Assembly: GCA_963662465.1 (NCBI GenBank)
Contig: OY759599.1
Location: 4,768,001-4,832,000 of the forward strand
Direction: 5' to 3'
Length of the DNA: 64,000 bases
Source: Desulfatiglandales bacterium
GTDB lineage: Bacteria; Desulfobacterota; DSM-4660; Desulfatiglandales; Desulfatiglandaceae
Each line of letters begins with the position of its first letter. Within the stretch, counting starts at the first letter, position 1. The position numbers and the translations under genes were made by a program. This document shows, piece after piece, positions 1 through 10,160 of the stretch. Under the pieces are notes generated by a model that was not told the DNA's origin, did not search any database, and saw nothing but the letters and a program-made list of their open reading frames with translations.

Positions 1-164
1 TCCTTTTCAAAAAAAGCTTCCACCGATGCCTGTCGGGTCAGATCCAGTTCCGCATGGGTTCTGAACATAACGTGTTCGTACCCCGCTCCCTTAAGACGCC
101 GCATGATAGCGGATCCCACAAGACCTCGATGCCCCGCAACATAAATTTTAGATTTTTTATCCAT
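1..164 (-). CDS. fcl: GDP-L-fucose synthase, N-terminal part (runs off window start)
   Basis: Manual translation from ATG at 164: [24 protein letters not shown]...[19 protein letters not shown], the characteristic WcaG/Fcl N-terminus. Confidence 0.9.
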   Translation of the reverse strand, partial: MDKKSKIYVAGHRGLVGSAIMRRLKGAGYEHVMFRTHAELDLTRQASVEAFFEK

Positions 165-217
165 AATCAAACCTCAAAATCCTCTGATGCCTTAAACGAC
201 TTCCAGCCCATGGCGCT

Positions 218-1996
218 TTATTGGAGAATCAGATACTCAAGAGCAACAGATCCTTTTTCAATGGTCAAGGAGGTCATAGCCGTGTCTGATGTTCGGACGG
301 AAAATTCAGAATTCCATCCCCCCTGGAGGGTAAGCACTTTAGCGGTATTCAGACTCAGCGCTTGAGCATCGGCATCCTGTGAAATTTTTATGGTCTCTCC
401 TGACCCGGCGGCATTGATGGCATCTTGAACTCCGGCATAGCAAGGCGTATTCCCGCCGCATGTTCCAGAAGGTTCCACATAGATGACCTTGTTTACCCCC
501 AATGATGCCACGGCGTTTCCCAAATTCACCCTGGGTTTGGTGATCGCGACTTTCGGGTCCGTAATGCCATCACCCGTACGCATAAGAAGTGATTGTAGCT
601 GATCCGGCGTCAAAAAAGCACCGGTTATGGCCTTGGCGGCATTCTGCAAACAGGCGGCTGCACCGGCGGCATAGGGACAGGCTGCCGAGGTGCCGCCGAA
701 ACCATAGGCCGCATTCCAGTATCCGCCACCCGTATCCGTTGTTGTCGCCCAGTTTGACGGCGCCAACAGCGATAGGAACGGCGAGGTATTCGAATAAACC
801 GCGACGTCATCCGCGTCGGGGGTGCTCGGAGAGTAATATCCGGAAGAACATCCCACTGTCGGATATTTTTCGACACAAGATCCTTCCGCTACACACCAAC
901 CAATGGCAGTTGCACTGAAGGGGGCATCATAAACCGCACCCACGGAAATCACATGGGAAATACAGGCAGGGCCCCCTATGGCATTGCAATAACCATCATT
1001 TCCGGAAGAGACAAACAGGGTCATGCCGGCAGCCTTGGCGTTGGCGGCCGCTGTAGCCATAGCGGTGAAATTCGCATCACAATACCCACTGTACTTACCG
1101 CCCCCAAAGCTGGTGCTGATGATCATGATGGGATTAGCAGGGTCATCATACTGATGGTCAATACACCACTCCCAGCCTTCAATCATGTTTGAAATATAAG
1201 CGCTGCCCCCACTGCCATTGGAAATTTTGAGGGCATAAAGCCTGGCCCCCCAGGCAACGCCGCCGATATAATCTCCATCAAATCCGAGGTCGCCGGCGGC
1301 AATGCCCGCACAGGCCGTGCCATGCCCGTTCAGGTCCATCGGATCATTGTCGCCATCCCCCGTGTCATAACCCCCAATCACCTTGCTGTTGGGAAAACCA
1401 CCGTTTCCCAAACGAATATGGGTATAATCGATGCCCGTGTCGCAGATGGCCACCGCCAACCCTTCACCATTGTAGTGGGTTCTTACGGTTGATGCGTTCA
1501 TGAGGGGAATTCCCTGGGCCAGGTTGGGATAGAGCAGGCGGTCCTTTTCAACCGAAAGGACATCGACGTCCGCAACCAGCGCCTCCAGGCCTTCGAGGGT
1601 AACCTGGGCGGAAAAACCGGCCATATACTTAAACCGACAGGTTGTTTGAACCTGCGCAGGGCTAAAGGTTTGGAGAACTCGCTCCAACAGCTCATGGACA
1701 CGGTTGGCCACCCGTTCCCGATGATCCGGCTGCTTAAAGCGGCTGAGCGCATCAAGTGTTTCGGTCTCCCGCAGATTCACAATTACCCGCGTTGTCAGGG
1801 CGTCCTCTTCCATGAAATCCTTTAAAACGGTTTGAGGCGCTATGATCCTGGAACTCTTAAGCAGACGGTTGATGATCTTTGTTGACAAATCTTCCGGCGC
1901 CATCCCAACTCCATCCGCCCCTTCCGCCGAAAAACCAAGCGCGAATACAAGGGAAAGACAAAAGATGATCCCCGTTAGAGAAAATATCCGTCTCAT
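218..1996 (-). CDS. Secreted S8 (subtilisin-like) serine peptidase with prodomain and C-terminal extension
   Basis: Triad motifs AICDTG, HGTACAGIAA and GTSAACP, oxyanion SGND; signal peptide MRRIFSLTGIIFCLSLVFALG; start placed at ATG 1996. Confidence 0.9.
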   Translation of the reverse strand: MRRIFSLTGIIFCLSLVFALGFSAEGADGVGMAPEDLSTKIINRLLKSSRIIAPQTVLKDFMEEDALTTRVIVNLRETETLDALSRFKQPDHRERVANRVHELLERVLQTFSPAQVQTTCRFKYMAGFSAQVTLEGLEALVADVDVLSVEKDRLLYPNLAQGIPLMNASTVRTHYNGEGLAVAICDTGIDYTHIRLGNGGFPNSKVIGGYDTGDGDNDPMDLNGHGTACAGIAAGDLGFDGDYIGGVAWGARLYALKISNGSGGSAYISNMIEGWEWCIDHQYDDPANPIMIISTSFGGGKYSGYCDANFTAMATAAANAKAAGMTLFVSSGNDGYCNAIGGPACISHVISVGAVYDAPFSATAIGWCVAEGSCVEKYPTVGCSSGYYSPSTPDADDVAVYSNTSPFLSLLAPSNWATTTDTGGGYWNAAYGFGGTSAACPYAAGAAACLQNAAKAITGAFLTPDQLQSLLMRTGDGITDPKVAITKPRVNLGNAVASLGVNKVIYVEPSGTCGGNTPCYAGVQDAINAAGSGETIKISQDADAQALSLNTAKVLTLQGGWNSEFSVRTSDTAMTSLTIEKGSVALEYLILQ

Positions 1997-2035
1997 TCTG
2001 AGCACCTCCCCACGATCTTTCAGCAAAGAAATCCG

Positions 2036-2815
2036 TTATTTTTGTTCAAGCGCCGCCACTTTCCTGGATAATTCCGCAATGGTTTTCTGCTGATCCTGAA
2101 CCACTTTTGTCAGCACAGCCACCACATCCATGGCACTCATTCCTTTTCGGTCCGTTGATGCGACAAGATCCGGGACATCTTCTGCGATAAACCCCACATG
2201 CCTTTCTTTGGGATCCGCCTTGTAAGTGAATTGCACGGGTTGAAGCGCCGTCAACGCCCCCGCGGCTTCGTCCTTTGTGAGGGATTTGATATCCTGTTTA
2301 TATTCCCGACTGGACGCATTGGTCCATACCCCGCCGGTTGTAACATGGGCGCCGCTGGCCATCTGCAGGGGATAAACGGCATCAGCGCCCAAACCCACAT
2401 AACCATTGGGAGCGACAAAAATGGACAGACTCGGGGCATCGATACTGACGAAAACAGGTGATGCTTCATAATCGCCGAACCCCTGCCCCCTCCGCTGTAT
2501 TTGCAACCATCGATTATCCAGAACCAAGAAGGCACTTTTGTTTCCCGAACCCATTTCATCCAGCCAGAGTCCGGGCGTTTCGCTCTGAGACGAATAGAAG
2601 GCCTTTGTATAAACATATCCAACATCTTCAACACGGAATGTTGCGCTTCCCGATGCATCCTTAACCACCAGTCGATCCTCGGCAAATGCTGCGTCCGAAG
2701 CGAAGATATACGGAAGGAGCATAAAAACCAAAGCAATCGATACATGGATAAACAGACAAAAAAGAGTCTGATTCCCTTTTTCCAACATCCTCAAAACAGA
2801 TACGAACGTTTTCAT
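2036..2815 (-). CDS. Exported protein with C-terminal peptidase S74 (tail-fibre intramolecular chaperone) domain and coiled coil
   Basis: SSREYKQDI...LQPVQFTYK...HVGFIAEDVP...DVVAVLTKVVQDQQ; hydrophobic N-terminus ending AFA; RBS GGAGGG. Confidence 0.8.
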   Translation of the reverse strand: MKTFVSVLRMLEKGNQTLFCLFIHVSIALVFMLLPYIFASDAAFAEDRLVVKDASGSATFRVEDVGYVYTKAFYSSQSETPGLWLDEMGSGNKSAFLVLDNRWLQIQRRGQGFGDYEASPVFVSIDAPSLSIFVAPNGYVGLGADAVYPLQMASGAHVTTGGVWTNASSREYKQDIKSLTKDEAAGALTALQPVQFTYKADPKERHVGFIAEDVPDLVASTDRKGMSAMDVVAVLTKVVQDQQKTIAELSRKVAALEQK

Positions 2816-2965
2816 GTTTTTCCCTCCAGTTTATGCCTAAGCAAAAAACGCTTTCACGGTATTAAAAAAACCTCATAGCACAAATACGATGCCATAATCA
2901 ATCAGGATGCCGCTGAATCAGGATTCTCCTTTTTGGAAGGATAACCTTATCTTCGGAAAGGCAAC

Positions 2966-5359
2966 TCATTTACGCGAATTTCTCCACCCGCGCAAAAAGC
3001 TCATGCGCGCCAGGGCGCGGTAGGAACCGATCGGCCACGGCCGGTTTATGTTTTGGTCCAAGGCATTCAGGAGCGGAAGGACCCACGGCAGCAACGCCCC
3101 TCCCAGCATGCTGAACAGCGGGTAATCCTGTTTGGGCATGAAGGGAGAATCCATCATTTCAGGATGAATTTTCAGAAGCATTTCCAGGCTTTCGCCCACC
3201 TGCTCCTGACGTCTGCAAAAAGAAGTTAACGTCATAGGATGGGCATGGGCGGCCCGGGCGCCGGGGCAGTAAACGATCCGCATCCCTTGGCGGGTCATGC
3301 GATATCCGACTTCCGCGTCTTCCCATCCATAGGCGGTAAACAGAGGACTGAAGGGCTCATTGCCCAGTGTTTTCAAAGGCAGCGAAATATGGGAAGTATA
3401 AAAACAGGTGAATGGAACATCATCGCCTTCTTTCAAATGACCATATCCAAATTGAGGGCCATCACTATTGATAAACTCAAGGAATCGGGTCGTTTGAACG
3501 GTCTCCCGATCCCAGTCGGTAAATCCCAGGACCGCCGCATCCCCATGAGCATTCCATTTTTGATGGGCATCCAGATGATGGGCCAGACAGTCCGGCGCCG
3601 GCAAAATGTCGTCGCCAATAAACATAGCCAGTCGGCCGCGCGCCATCTTCAGACCCCTGTTTCGGGCCCTCCCTTGAAGCAGATTGGCCTGTCTTGCCAT
3701 GTCCAATCGAAAGCAGAGATTTGGATTCGCCGCCTTCCACCGGTGCATCGCCTCCCACGTATCGTCAGTGCTGCCGTCATCCACCACAATGACCTGAAAG
3801 CCGCTGATGGTTTGAGCGGCCAAAGCGGACAAGGCCCGAGCAAGGGTCGCCCATCGGTTAAAGGTCGGGATAATCACGGAGATATCCTCGGGTTTCCAGC
3901 CGGGGTCGGATAGATTTGACGATTCTTCAGCATCCTCAAACACAACGCGGTCAACGGCACATCCAAACCATCGATAGTCCGGCCAGTCGTAACGACAGGC
4001 AGGAGACCAGAGGGGAGAATCAAACACTATTTTTAAAACGCCGTCTGCGTCCGCCTGAACCGGCATGGACCATTCTTTCCATTCCCCCACCGCGCCCGTT
4101 TCAACCTGCGTGCGGCTCCGGTTGCAGGCAATCTCAACCCGATAAACGCCATGCCCCTGAAAAGCCTCGGGCAGCAAACATGCACCCGTCAGACGCCCCC
4201 GCCCATGAGGCGCCACTTTTAGAAAACAGACCGCTCGACCGCAAATCAACCTGGACAGCTTACCATGTGCCACCTCCGGTGCATACCACCCCGCACCCAA
4301 ACGCCCCACACTCGACTCTTTCCCCAGCACCAGCTCGGGGGAGCAAACCGTCCAGGACGCCATATCGGCCGGTTGACCGACTTGCGAAACGGGGGGCGGA
4401 GACGGATAATCAGACTTTGCAATCAACCCCCGATCCAGCAACGTTTCGTCGGCAATTTTACGGCGGCGCTGAATATGGCCCCGCTCTTTGAGGGTGACCG
4501 GAAGACGCATGAGGTTCCATGCCAGAACTTCCGCCATTTCAGCAAACGCACGCCGTCTGATCCATAAGGACAGGTGACGATACAGGACCCGCAACACCCG
4601 CCGTTTCCGATAACATTTGATTAAGGCACGGATATTGTGGCGCATCCCCAAACGACTTCGCCATGATTCGTTCTGTTCCCGACGGGTGGTGCCACCGAAC
4701 AGGTGGTAGACCACGGAATGAATGCAAACACGCACTTCTCCCCCGCGAAGCCAGATTCGCCAACCCAGATCCACATCTTCATGATACATGAAAAATGCTG
4801 AATCAAACCCCCCAAGGGCATCAAAATCATCGCGACGCATCAACATGGCCGCCGCCGTGGGAAAAAAGACGGGCAGTGTTTCTCGATTTTTATACCGATC
4901 CAAAAAGGCTTTTTTGGGGCATCTGAAAAACCGGTCATAGCCGTATCCCAAAAAAGACATGCCGCCGCCGCCCGCATTGAGCAGGTGGGGCGTCTCCAGC
5001 AGGCAGAGCAGAGAACATACGGCCATGACGCGAGGTCTTTTCCGCAATACCCGCACCATGGGGGCCAACCAGCTCACCGTAACAACGGTATCGCTGTTCA
5101 GAAATGCGATGTATCGACCCCTCGCTTTTTGTGCGCCCAGTTCGTTGGCCCTTCCGAACCCCACATTGGAAGAAAGGGGATACAAGCGGACCTGGGGATA
5201 ATGTTCGCGTATCCAGGAACAACTCTCGTCCCGACTGCCGTTATCCACAACGATGACCTCAAAGGAATCGTATCGCGTCTTGAACAGCGCCGGCAGACAA
5301 CGCTTCAAATGGTGTATGCCATTGTAATTGACAATAATAATTGAAACCACTGAAAACAC
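2966..5359 (-). CDS. Two-domain GT2 glycosyltransferase
   Basis: N-terminal GT2 (IIIVNYNG, VVDNGS, FLNSD, YHEDVDLGWR) and C-terminal GT2 (VIIPTFNR, VVDDGSTD, YGWED). Confidence 0.9.
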   Translation of the reverse strand: MFSVVSIIIVNYNGIHHLKRCLPALFKTRYDSFEVIVVDNGSRDESCSWIREHYPQVRLYPLSSNVGFGRANELGAQKARGRYIAFLNSDTVVTVSWLAPMVRVLRKRPRVMAVCSLLCLLETPHLLNAGGGGMSFLGYGYDRFFRCPKKAFLDRYKNRETLPVFFPTAAAMLMRRDDFDALGGFDSAFFMYHEDVDLGWRIWLRGGEVRVCIHSVVYHLFGGTTRREQNESWRSRLGMRHNIRALIKCYRKRRVLRVLYRHLSLWIRRRAFAEMAEVLAWNLMRLPVTLKERGHIQRRRKIADETLLDRGLIAKSDYPSPPPVSQVGQPADMASWTVCSPELVLGKESSVGRLGAGWYAPEVAHGKLSRLICGRAVCFLKVAPHGRGRLTGACLLPEAFQGHGVYRVEIACNRSRTQVETGAVGEWKEWSMPVQADADGVLKIVFDSPLWSPACRYDWPDYRWFGCAVDRVVFEDAEESSNLSDPGWKPEDISVIIPTFNRWATLARALSALAAQTISGFQVIVVDDGSTDDTWEAMHRWKAANPNLCFRLDMARQANLLQGRARNRGLKMARGRLAMFIGDDILPAPDCLAHHLDAHQKWNAHGDAAVLGFTDWDRETVQTTRFLEFINSDGPQFGYGHLKEGDDVPFTCFYTSHISLPLKTLGNEPFSPLFTAYGWEDAEVGYRMTRQGMRIVYCPGARAAHAHPMTLTSFCRRQEQVGESLEMLLKIHPEMMDSPFMPKQDYPLFSMLGGALLPWVLPLLNALDQNINRPWPIGSYRALARMSFLRGWRNSRK

Positions 5360-5396
5360 CTTTAAGATAGGGTTTATAGACCGAAAACCAGTTGTT

Positions 5397-6395
5397 TCAG
5401 CCTCTCTTTCCCGACCGGTTATTGCGACGAAACCTTAGACTCAATCGGGGGAAAAAACGTTCTTTGTCCAACAATTGCCATATATAAGCTTCATCCACGA
5501 CACAGCTGCCCTGGATGTTGCGGCGTTTTTGAAGCACCGTTTTCAAGCCTCTAAGGGCGTGATGTTTGGCTTTCACGAATTCCAATATGCGACCGCTCCC
5601 CAAAAAATACAGGCACGCCGCAACATTGTATATCATGTGGGGAATAATGGTTTTCGGAATCAAGCCCGCGGGCATGTTTTTCAAATAGACCCACTCCAGA
5701 TTCCGATGGCTGTAATACACCGAAATCGGCGAATCATGGACAATACTGCTGCTGGCTTTATGGTAAACCTTTGCCTCCGGCACATAGAGACACCTGTAGT
5801 TTCTCAACTGCGCCCTGAAACTCAAATCCACGTCTTCATACAACAAAAAGAAATCTTCATCAAAAAGGCCTATCTCCTTAAGCATGCTGAGACAATACAG
5901 CCCCGCGGCCGCACAAGCGCCGAAAACCCATTCTCTTCTGTCATAGTCGCCCGCAGCCGCTCCCCGGCCACGCAGAAGGCCCGACCCCGCGGTGGTATAA
6001 CTGTCGCCCACACGATCAATAACGCCAGGATCCCCATACAGGAGGATTTTGGATGCCGCAAAACCTGCTTCGGGCGTCGACGCCAGTGCGGCCACAAGAT
6101 TCTTAAGCCAAAGGGGATCAGCGACCGCATCATTGTTTAGCAGGGCCACATACTGACTGTTGACGGACCGTATTGCCATATTGTTGGCAACGGAAAATCC
6201 CGTATTCTCGGGAAGGGCCATAATCCTGACTTCCGGAAAATTTTTTTTGACAAAATCAACAGAGCCGTCCGTTGAGCCATTATCCACCAGGACCGTGGAA
6301 AAATGGGGATATGCCTGCTTTTTCAAACTTCCCAGGCACTCCGAAAGCAATGCCTTTCCATTCCAATTGACAACAATTACGGAAATTTGATCCAA
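5397..6395 (-). CDS. GT2 glycosyltransferase (WbbL/rhamnosyltransferase-like)
   Basis: VIVVNWNG, LVDNGSTDGS, LLNNDA, YEDVDLSFR. Confidence 0.9.
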   Translation of the reverse strand: MDQISVIVVNWNGKALLSECLGSLKKQAYPHFSTVLVDNGSTDGSVDFVKKNFPEVRIMALPENTGFSVANNMAIRSVNSQYVALLNNDAVADPLWLKNLVAALASTPEAGFAASKILLYGDPGVIDRVGDSYTTAGSGLLRGRGAAAGDYDRREWVFGACAAAGLYCLSMLKEIGLFDEDFFLLYEDVDLSFRAQLRNYRCLYVPEAKVYHKASSSIVHDSPISVYYSHRNLEWVYLKNMPAGLIPKTIIPHMIYNVAACLYFLGSGRILEFVKAKHHALRGLKTVLQKRRNIQGSCVVDEAYIWQLLDKERFFPRLSLRFRRNNRSGKRG

Positions 6396-6854
6396 ATACC
6401 ATTCCTTTCAAACACTATTTTTTCCTTGCGTAAAAGAAGCCGGGTCATGACCCTTTGGAAAACATAGGATCCAAAGCAAAAAAAGTACCCGGTTACCTTA
6501 CGTGTAAATATTTTAGAATTTAATTTTCTTTTTAACAACCCAAACTTTGTGAGGAGAGCAACAAAACGATTTTACCTATCAGTTTGAAAACATCAAAAAC
6601 AACCTTGCGCAATTGAATCTTGACACGCCATGGTCCATTTGAAATACTCGACTCCGATTGCCGCTTAAAAAGATGCAAAATCAGCGTCCAATGCCCGGCC
6701 AATCGATTGACATAACAAATCAGTTAAAATCGGCTTTAAAATAAAGACGTTGAATGAAAATAATATCATTGGTGGAGTTTGCTTTGTCGGAGGCATGGTG
6801 TTTCACATAAAAGTACACAACCGGTTGAACTTTTTTTTGGGGAGGATCAGGAAT

Positions 6855-7775
6855 ATGATGAGATCCGCTAAAAATAAAACCAAGGAACACTGGGGAAACG
6901 AAGCCGGAACATGGCAGATCGGACGTGGTCTCCATTGGACGGAGCATATGGCTGTTCAGGAAAGGATAAATACAAAGACATCAAATGACCCACAAAGGGA
7001 CCCTTACCAATTTTTCATAGATTTTCTGAACAAAAGAGGGATTAAACTACCGTTGTCCCGGTGCCTCACTTTGGGGTGTGGTGCAGGAAATTTGGAGCGT
7101 GGGCTTTCACAGTATAATTTTTGTCTGCAACACGATGCTTACGATATAGCCGACGGAGCGATAAGAAGAGCTAAAGAACAGGCGCAGTCAGATGGGCTGG
7201 CCAATATGCTTTATGAGGTAAGGGATTTGAATACTATTTCCCTTCCCCAAGAGGCATATGATGTTGTTTTCGGCGTTCAATCAGTTCATCACTTTACAGA
7301 ACTCGAACACATTTTCTCTGAGGTAAGAAAAACGCTGAAGCCAGGAGGCTTTTTTTTCCTGAACGAATTTGTCGGATCGACAAAGTTTCAGTGGACTGAT
7401 AAACAATTGAATATTGTTAATAGCTTGCTGCAATTACTCCCTGAGAAATACCGGCTGAACAGGGGCGACGGAATTACCGTAAAAAAAACCTATAAGAAGC
7501 CCTCCATTGAGAAAATGAACAGCATTGATCCATCAGAGGCTATCCGCTCAGAAGATATACTGAAGCTGTTACCCACATATTTTGAGATAGTCGAGAAAAA
7601 AGATTTGGGGGGAACTATCCTTCATTTGCTTTTACAGGATATTGCAGGCAATTTTGACTACAATAAGCCACATGATATGAAGCTCCTTAAGATGCTCTTT
7701 GACATAGAAGATGTTTTTATGGAAATCAGAGAAATACAAAGTGATTTTGTGGTAGTTATAGCTCAGAAGGCCTAA
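6855..7775 (+). CDS. Class I SAM-dependent methyltransferase
   Basis: LTLGCGAG motif I, YDVVF, LKPGG; start moved to ATG 6855 after GGAGGA. Confidence 0.85.
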   Translation: MMRSAKNKTKEHWGNEAGTWQIGRGLHWTEHMAVQERINTKTSNDPQRDPYQFFIDFLNKRGIKLPLSRCLTLGCGAGNLERGLSQYNFCLQHDAYDIADGAIRRAKEQAQSDGLANMLYEVRDLNTISLPQEAYDVVFGVQSVHHFTELEHIFSEVRKTLKPGGFFFLNEFVGSTKFQWTDKQLNIVNSLLQLLPEKYRLNRGDGITVKKTYKKPSIEKMNSIDPSEAIRSEDILKLLPTYFEIVEKKDLGGTILHLLLQDIAGNFDYNKPHDMKLLKMLFDIEDVFMEIREIQSDFVVVIAQKA

Positions 7776-7921
7776 AACACAGAAACTGACTCTGCAGGGA
7801 TTGCATTGTCTTCTCCTGCTACAACGAACCCGCGTATAAATGTTGGTTTTTAAACTATCATCTATTAACATATTTTAATGCGTAGTATGAATTTTTATCT
7901 TTATTTTCATTTGGGATAAAA

Positions 7922-8998
7922 ATGCTACTTATCGAAGCTAAAAAAAGCAGAAGAACATTACACTCAATTGAGGGCACTTTTTACAGTATTCAAGCTCTCC
8001 GTGGAGTAGCAGCAATGTTGGTGGTTTTTTTCCATTCAACACAGTTTTTTAATGCTTATTTTCAAGCAACCCCATTCAGGAACTTTTTTTCATTTGGCTT
8101 TTGCGGTGTCCATATTTTTTTCGTTTTGAGTGGCTTTATTATTTTCACAATTCACTTTTTAGACATCAATAAGCCCCAAAAATTTTTTATCTATTTAAAA
8201 AAACGTGCGGTTCGTCTTTATCCAATTTATTGGATCACTCTAATACTTGCAATTTTATTAACAGACAAAACTGTTACACTATATGATTTTTACAAGAACT
8301 TTTTACTTCTGAACATGCCGATAGAATTTATTAATCCAGTGTGTTGGACATTATCATTTGAGGTTTTATTTTATATTCTTTTTTCATTTTTGATCTTAAA
8401 TCGAACTCTGGGAACGCTCCTTATTTCTGTCTGGATGTTTGGGGTATTTGGGTCCATTTTTTTTGATATCAAAACACCTTTTATTTTTCGTCAAATTTTA
8501 CATAATTATACCGTATTATTCATGATGGGCTGCTTATCCGCTTATCTAGTGATCAAATTGAAAAAACTAAAATCCACCGCAAAAGAAAAAATTGCATATA
8601 CAATGTGTTTTTTAGGATGCGTGTTGTTTTCATTAATGGTTTTTTATGTCTTAGACAATAAAATTACAAACTGGGATACATGGAAAATCACATTAGGGTT
8701 TGGGTTGAGCAGTGCAATGCTTATGTTTTCTGTTTTATCGAAAAAAATGAATGAATTTTTTGGAAGACAGAGGATAGTCATTGCACTTGGAAACGCTTCA
8801 TACTCTATCTATTTAATCCACTATCTCTTCTTAAAAAATGTGCTTTTTTATGCTAAAATGCATATAACACTAAATGAAAATATAATTAATATCTTATTAT
8901 TTGCCACTGTTTGTATATTAGCAACCTTCGTAGGTTACTTTATTTATTGGAGCATCGAGCGTCCATTGCTCAAGTATATGAGGACACTTTTACTATAA
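7922..8998 (+). CDS. Acyltransferase 3 (OafA-like) membrane O-acyltransferase, AT-rich
   Basis: IQALRGVAAMLVVFFH, GVHIFFVLSGF, RLYPIY, WTLSFEVLFY, SYSIYLIH, IERP. Confidence 0.9.
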   Translation: MLLIEAKKSRRTLHSIEGTFYSIQALRGVAAMLVVFFHSTQFFNAYFQATPFRNFFSFGFCGVHIFFVLSGFIIFTIHFLDINKPQKFFIYLKKRAVRLYPIYWITLILAILLTDKTVTLYDFYKNFLLLNMPIEFINPVCWTLSFEVLFYILFSFLILNRTLGTLLISVWMFGVFGSIFFDIKTPFIFRQILHNYTVLFMMGCLSAYLVIKLKKLKSTAKEKIAYTMCFLGCVLFSLMVFYVLDNKITNWDTWKITLGFGLSSAMLMFSVLSKKMNEFFGRQRIVIALGNASYSIYLIHYLFLKNVLFYAKMHITLNENIINILLFATVCILATFVGYFIYWSIERPLLKYMRTLLL

Positions 8999-9097
8999 TT
9001 GAAGTTTCAAGCACTTTTTTTATCTGAAGATACTTCAAATGCCATATTTTGAATAACCCCTGACGATAACCCCTTAAATATCGAGGAAATTCACAAC

Positions 9098-10042
9098 GTG
9101 ATTCAAGAAGAAGCACTTATTCCTTACCGAACATCCCCACTGCCGGAAGGCCCCTGGCTGGTATTTGCGCCCCATCCCGATGACGAAACATTCGGGATGG
9201 GAGGCGCCTTGGCCCTGGCTGCGAGAAAAGCGGTGAAAGTAACGCTGGTGGTGCTGACCGACGGTTCAATGGGTGGTAAAGAAGCGGGATCAGGCAATAT
9301 CATTTCAATCCGGGAAAAGGAAGTCCAAGAAATTTCGAAGAGACTGCACCTGGAATCCGTTCTATTTTGGCGACAGCCTGACCGGGGCCTGAGGGTTTCA
9401 CAAGATCTCATAAACCGGGCGGCTGAGCTGATCCGCAAAATAAAACCGGCCAGCGTGTTTTTTCCATCCCCCATGGAATTGCATCCGGACCATAGAGCGA
9501 CCGCAACCCTTGTATGGGAGGGACTCAGAAAATGTCCGGAATTCCGGGGAAAGGCTTACGCTTACGAAATCAGCGGCCAATGCCCGACCAATCAATTGAT
9601 TGACATCACGGCGGTTGCCGATGAAAAGACGACCCTGGCAACCCTTTACCAAAGCCAGATAGCGGAAAGAGACTACCTGACACTCATATTGGCCTTAAAC
9701 AGAACGCGTTCCTACACACTCCCCCCGGAAGTCCATTTCGCGGAAGCTTTTTTTGTCTATGAGAACATCGGCGACACAGACCTCGCGCTGCACACCCTGA
9801 ATCATCTTCGTCCCTATTGGTCTGAAGACGCCGTTTCCCAGGAGGAAAGACATCGCAGAAAAAACCTGCGAATGGCGCTGGATCCGTCTCAAAACGAAAT
9901 AGCCGAGTGGCGTCAACGCTGCGAGGATCTGGAAAACAGCCGCCTCTGGCGTTATGCTGAACCGGTGCGAAATGCCGCAACAAAAATTAAAATCGCAACG
10001 CAACGCATTCGTGAAATAGCTGGCCAATGGAAACACCATTGA
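9098..10042 (+). CDS. PIG-L/LmbE family deacetylase with short C-terminal coiled coil
   Basis: APHPDDE and HPDH motifs, YQSQ. Confidence 0.9.
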   Translation: MIQEEALIPYRTSPLPEGPWLVFAPHPDDETFGMGGALALAARKAVKVTLVVLTDGSMGGKEAGSGNIISIREKEVQEISKRLHLESVLFWRQPDRGLRVSQDLINRAAELIRKIKPASVFFPSPMELHPDHRATATLVWEGLRKCPEFRGKAYAYEISGQCPTNQLIDITAVADEKTTLATLYQSQIAERDYLTLILALNRTRSYTLPPEVHFAEAFFVYENIGDTDLALHTLNHLRPYWSEDAVSQEERHRRKNLRMALDPSQNEIAEWRQRCEDLENSRLWRYAEPVRNAATKIKIATQRIREIAGQWKHH

Positions 10043-10160
10043 TCGAAGAAGCCGGAACATCCACCGTCATCAGGGAGTATCACCCCTGTAGCGGATACGG
10101 TGCATAGATGTCAGTCCGTGGAGGATCAGCAACAAGCTCAAAACCTTAAGGGACAATAAC

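Noticed and set aside
2036..2815. Prophage or tailocin
   Set aside because: The S74 domain is isolated and carries an export signal; no capsid, tail, terminase or lysis genes
2877..2894. Sigma54 promoter upstream of the S74 gene
   Set aside because: TGGCATCGTATTTGT has GT where the conserved -12 GC is required
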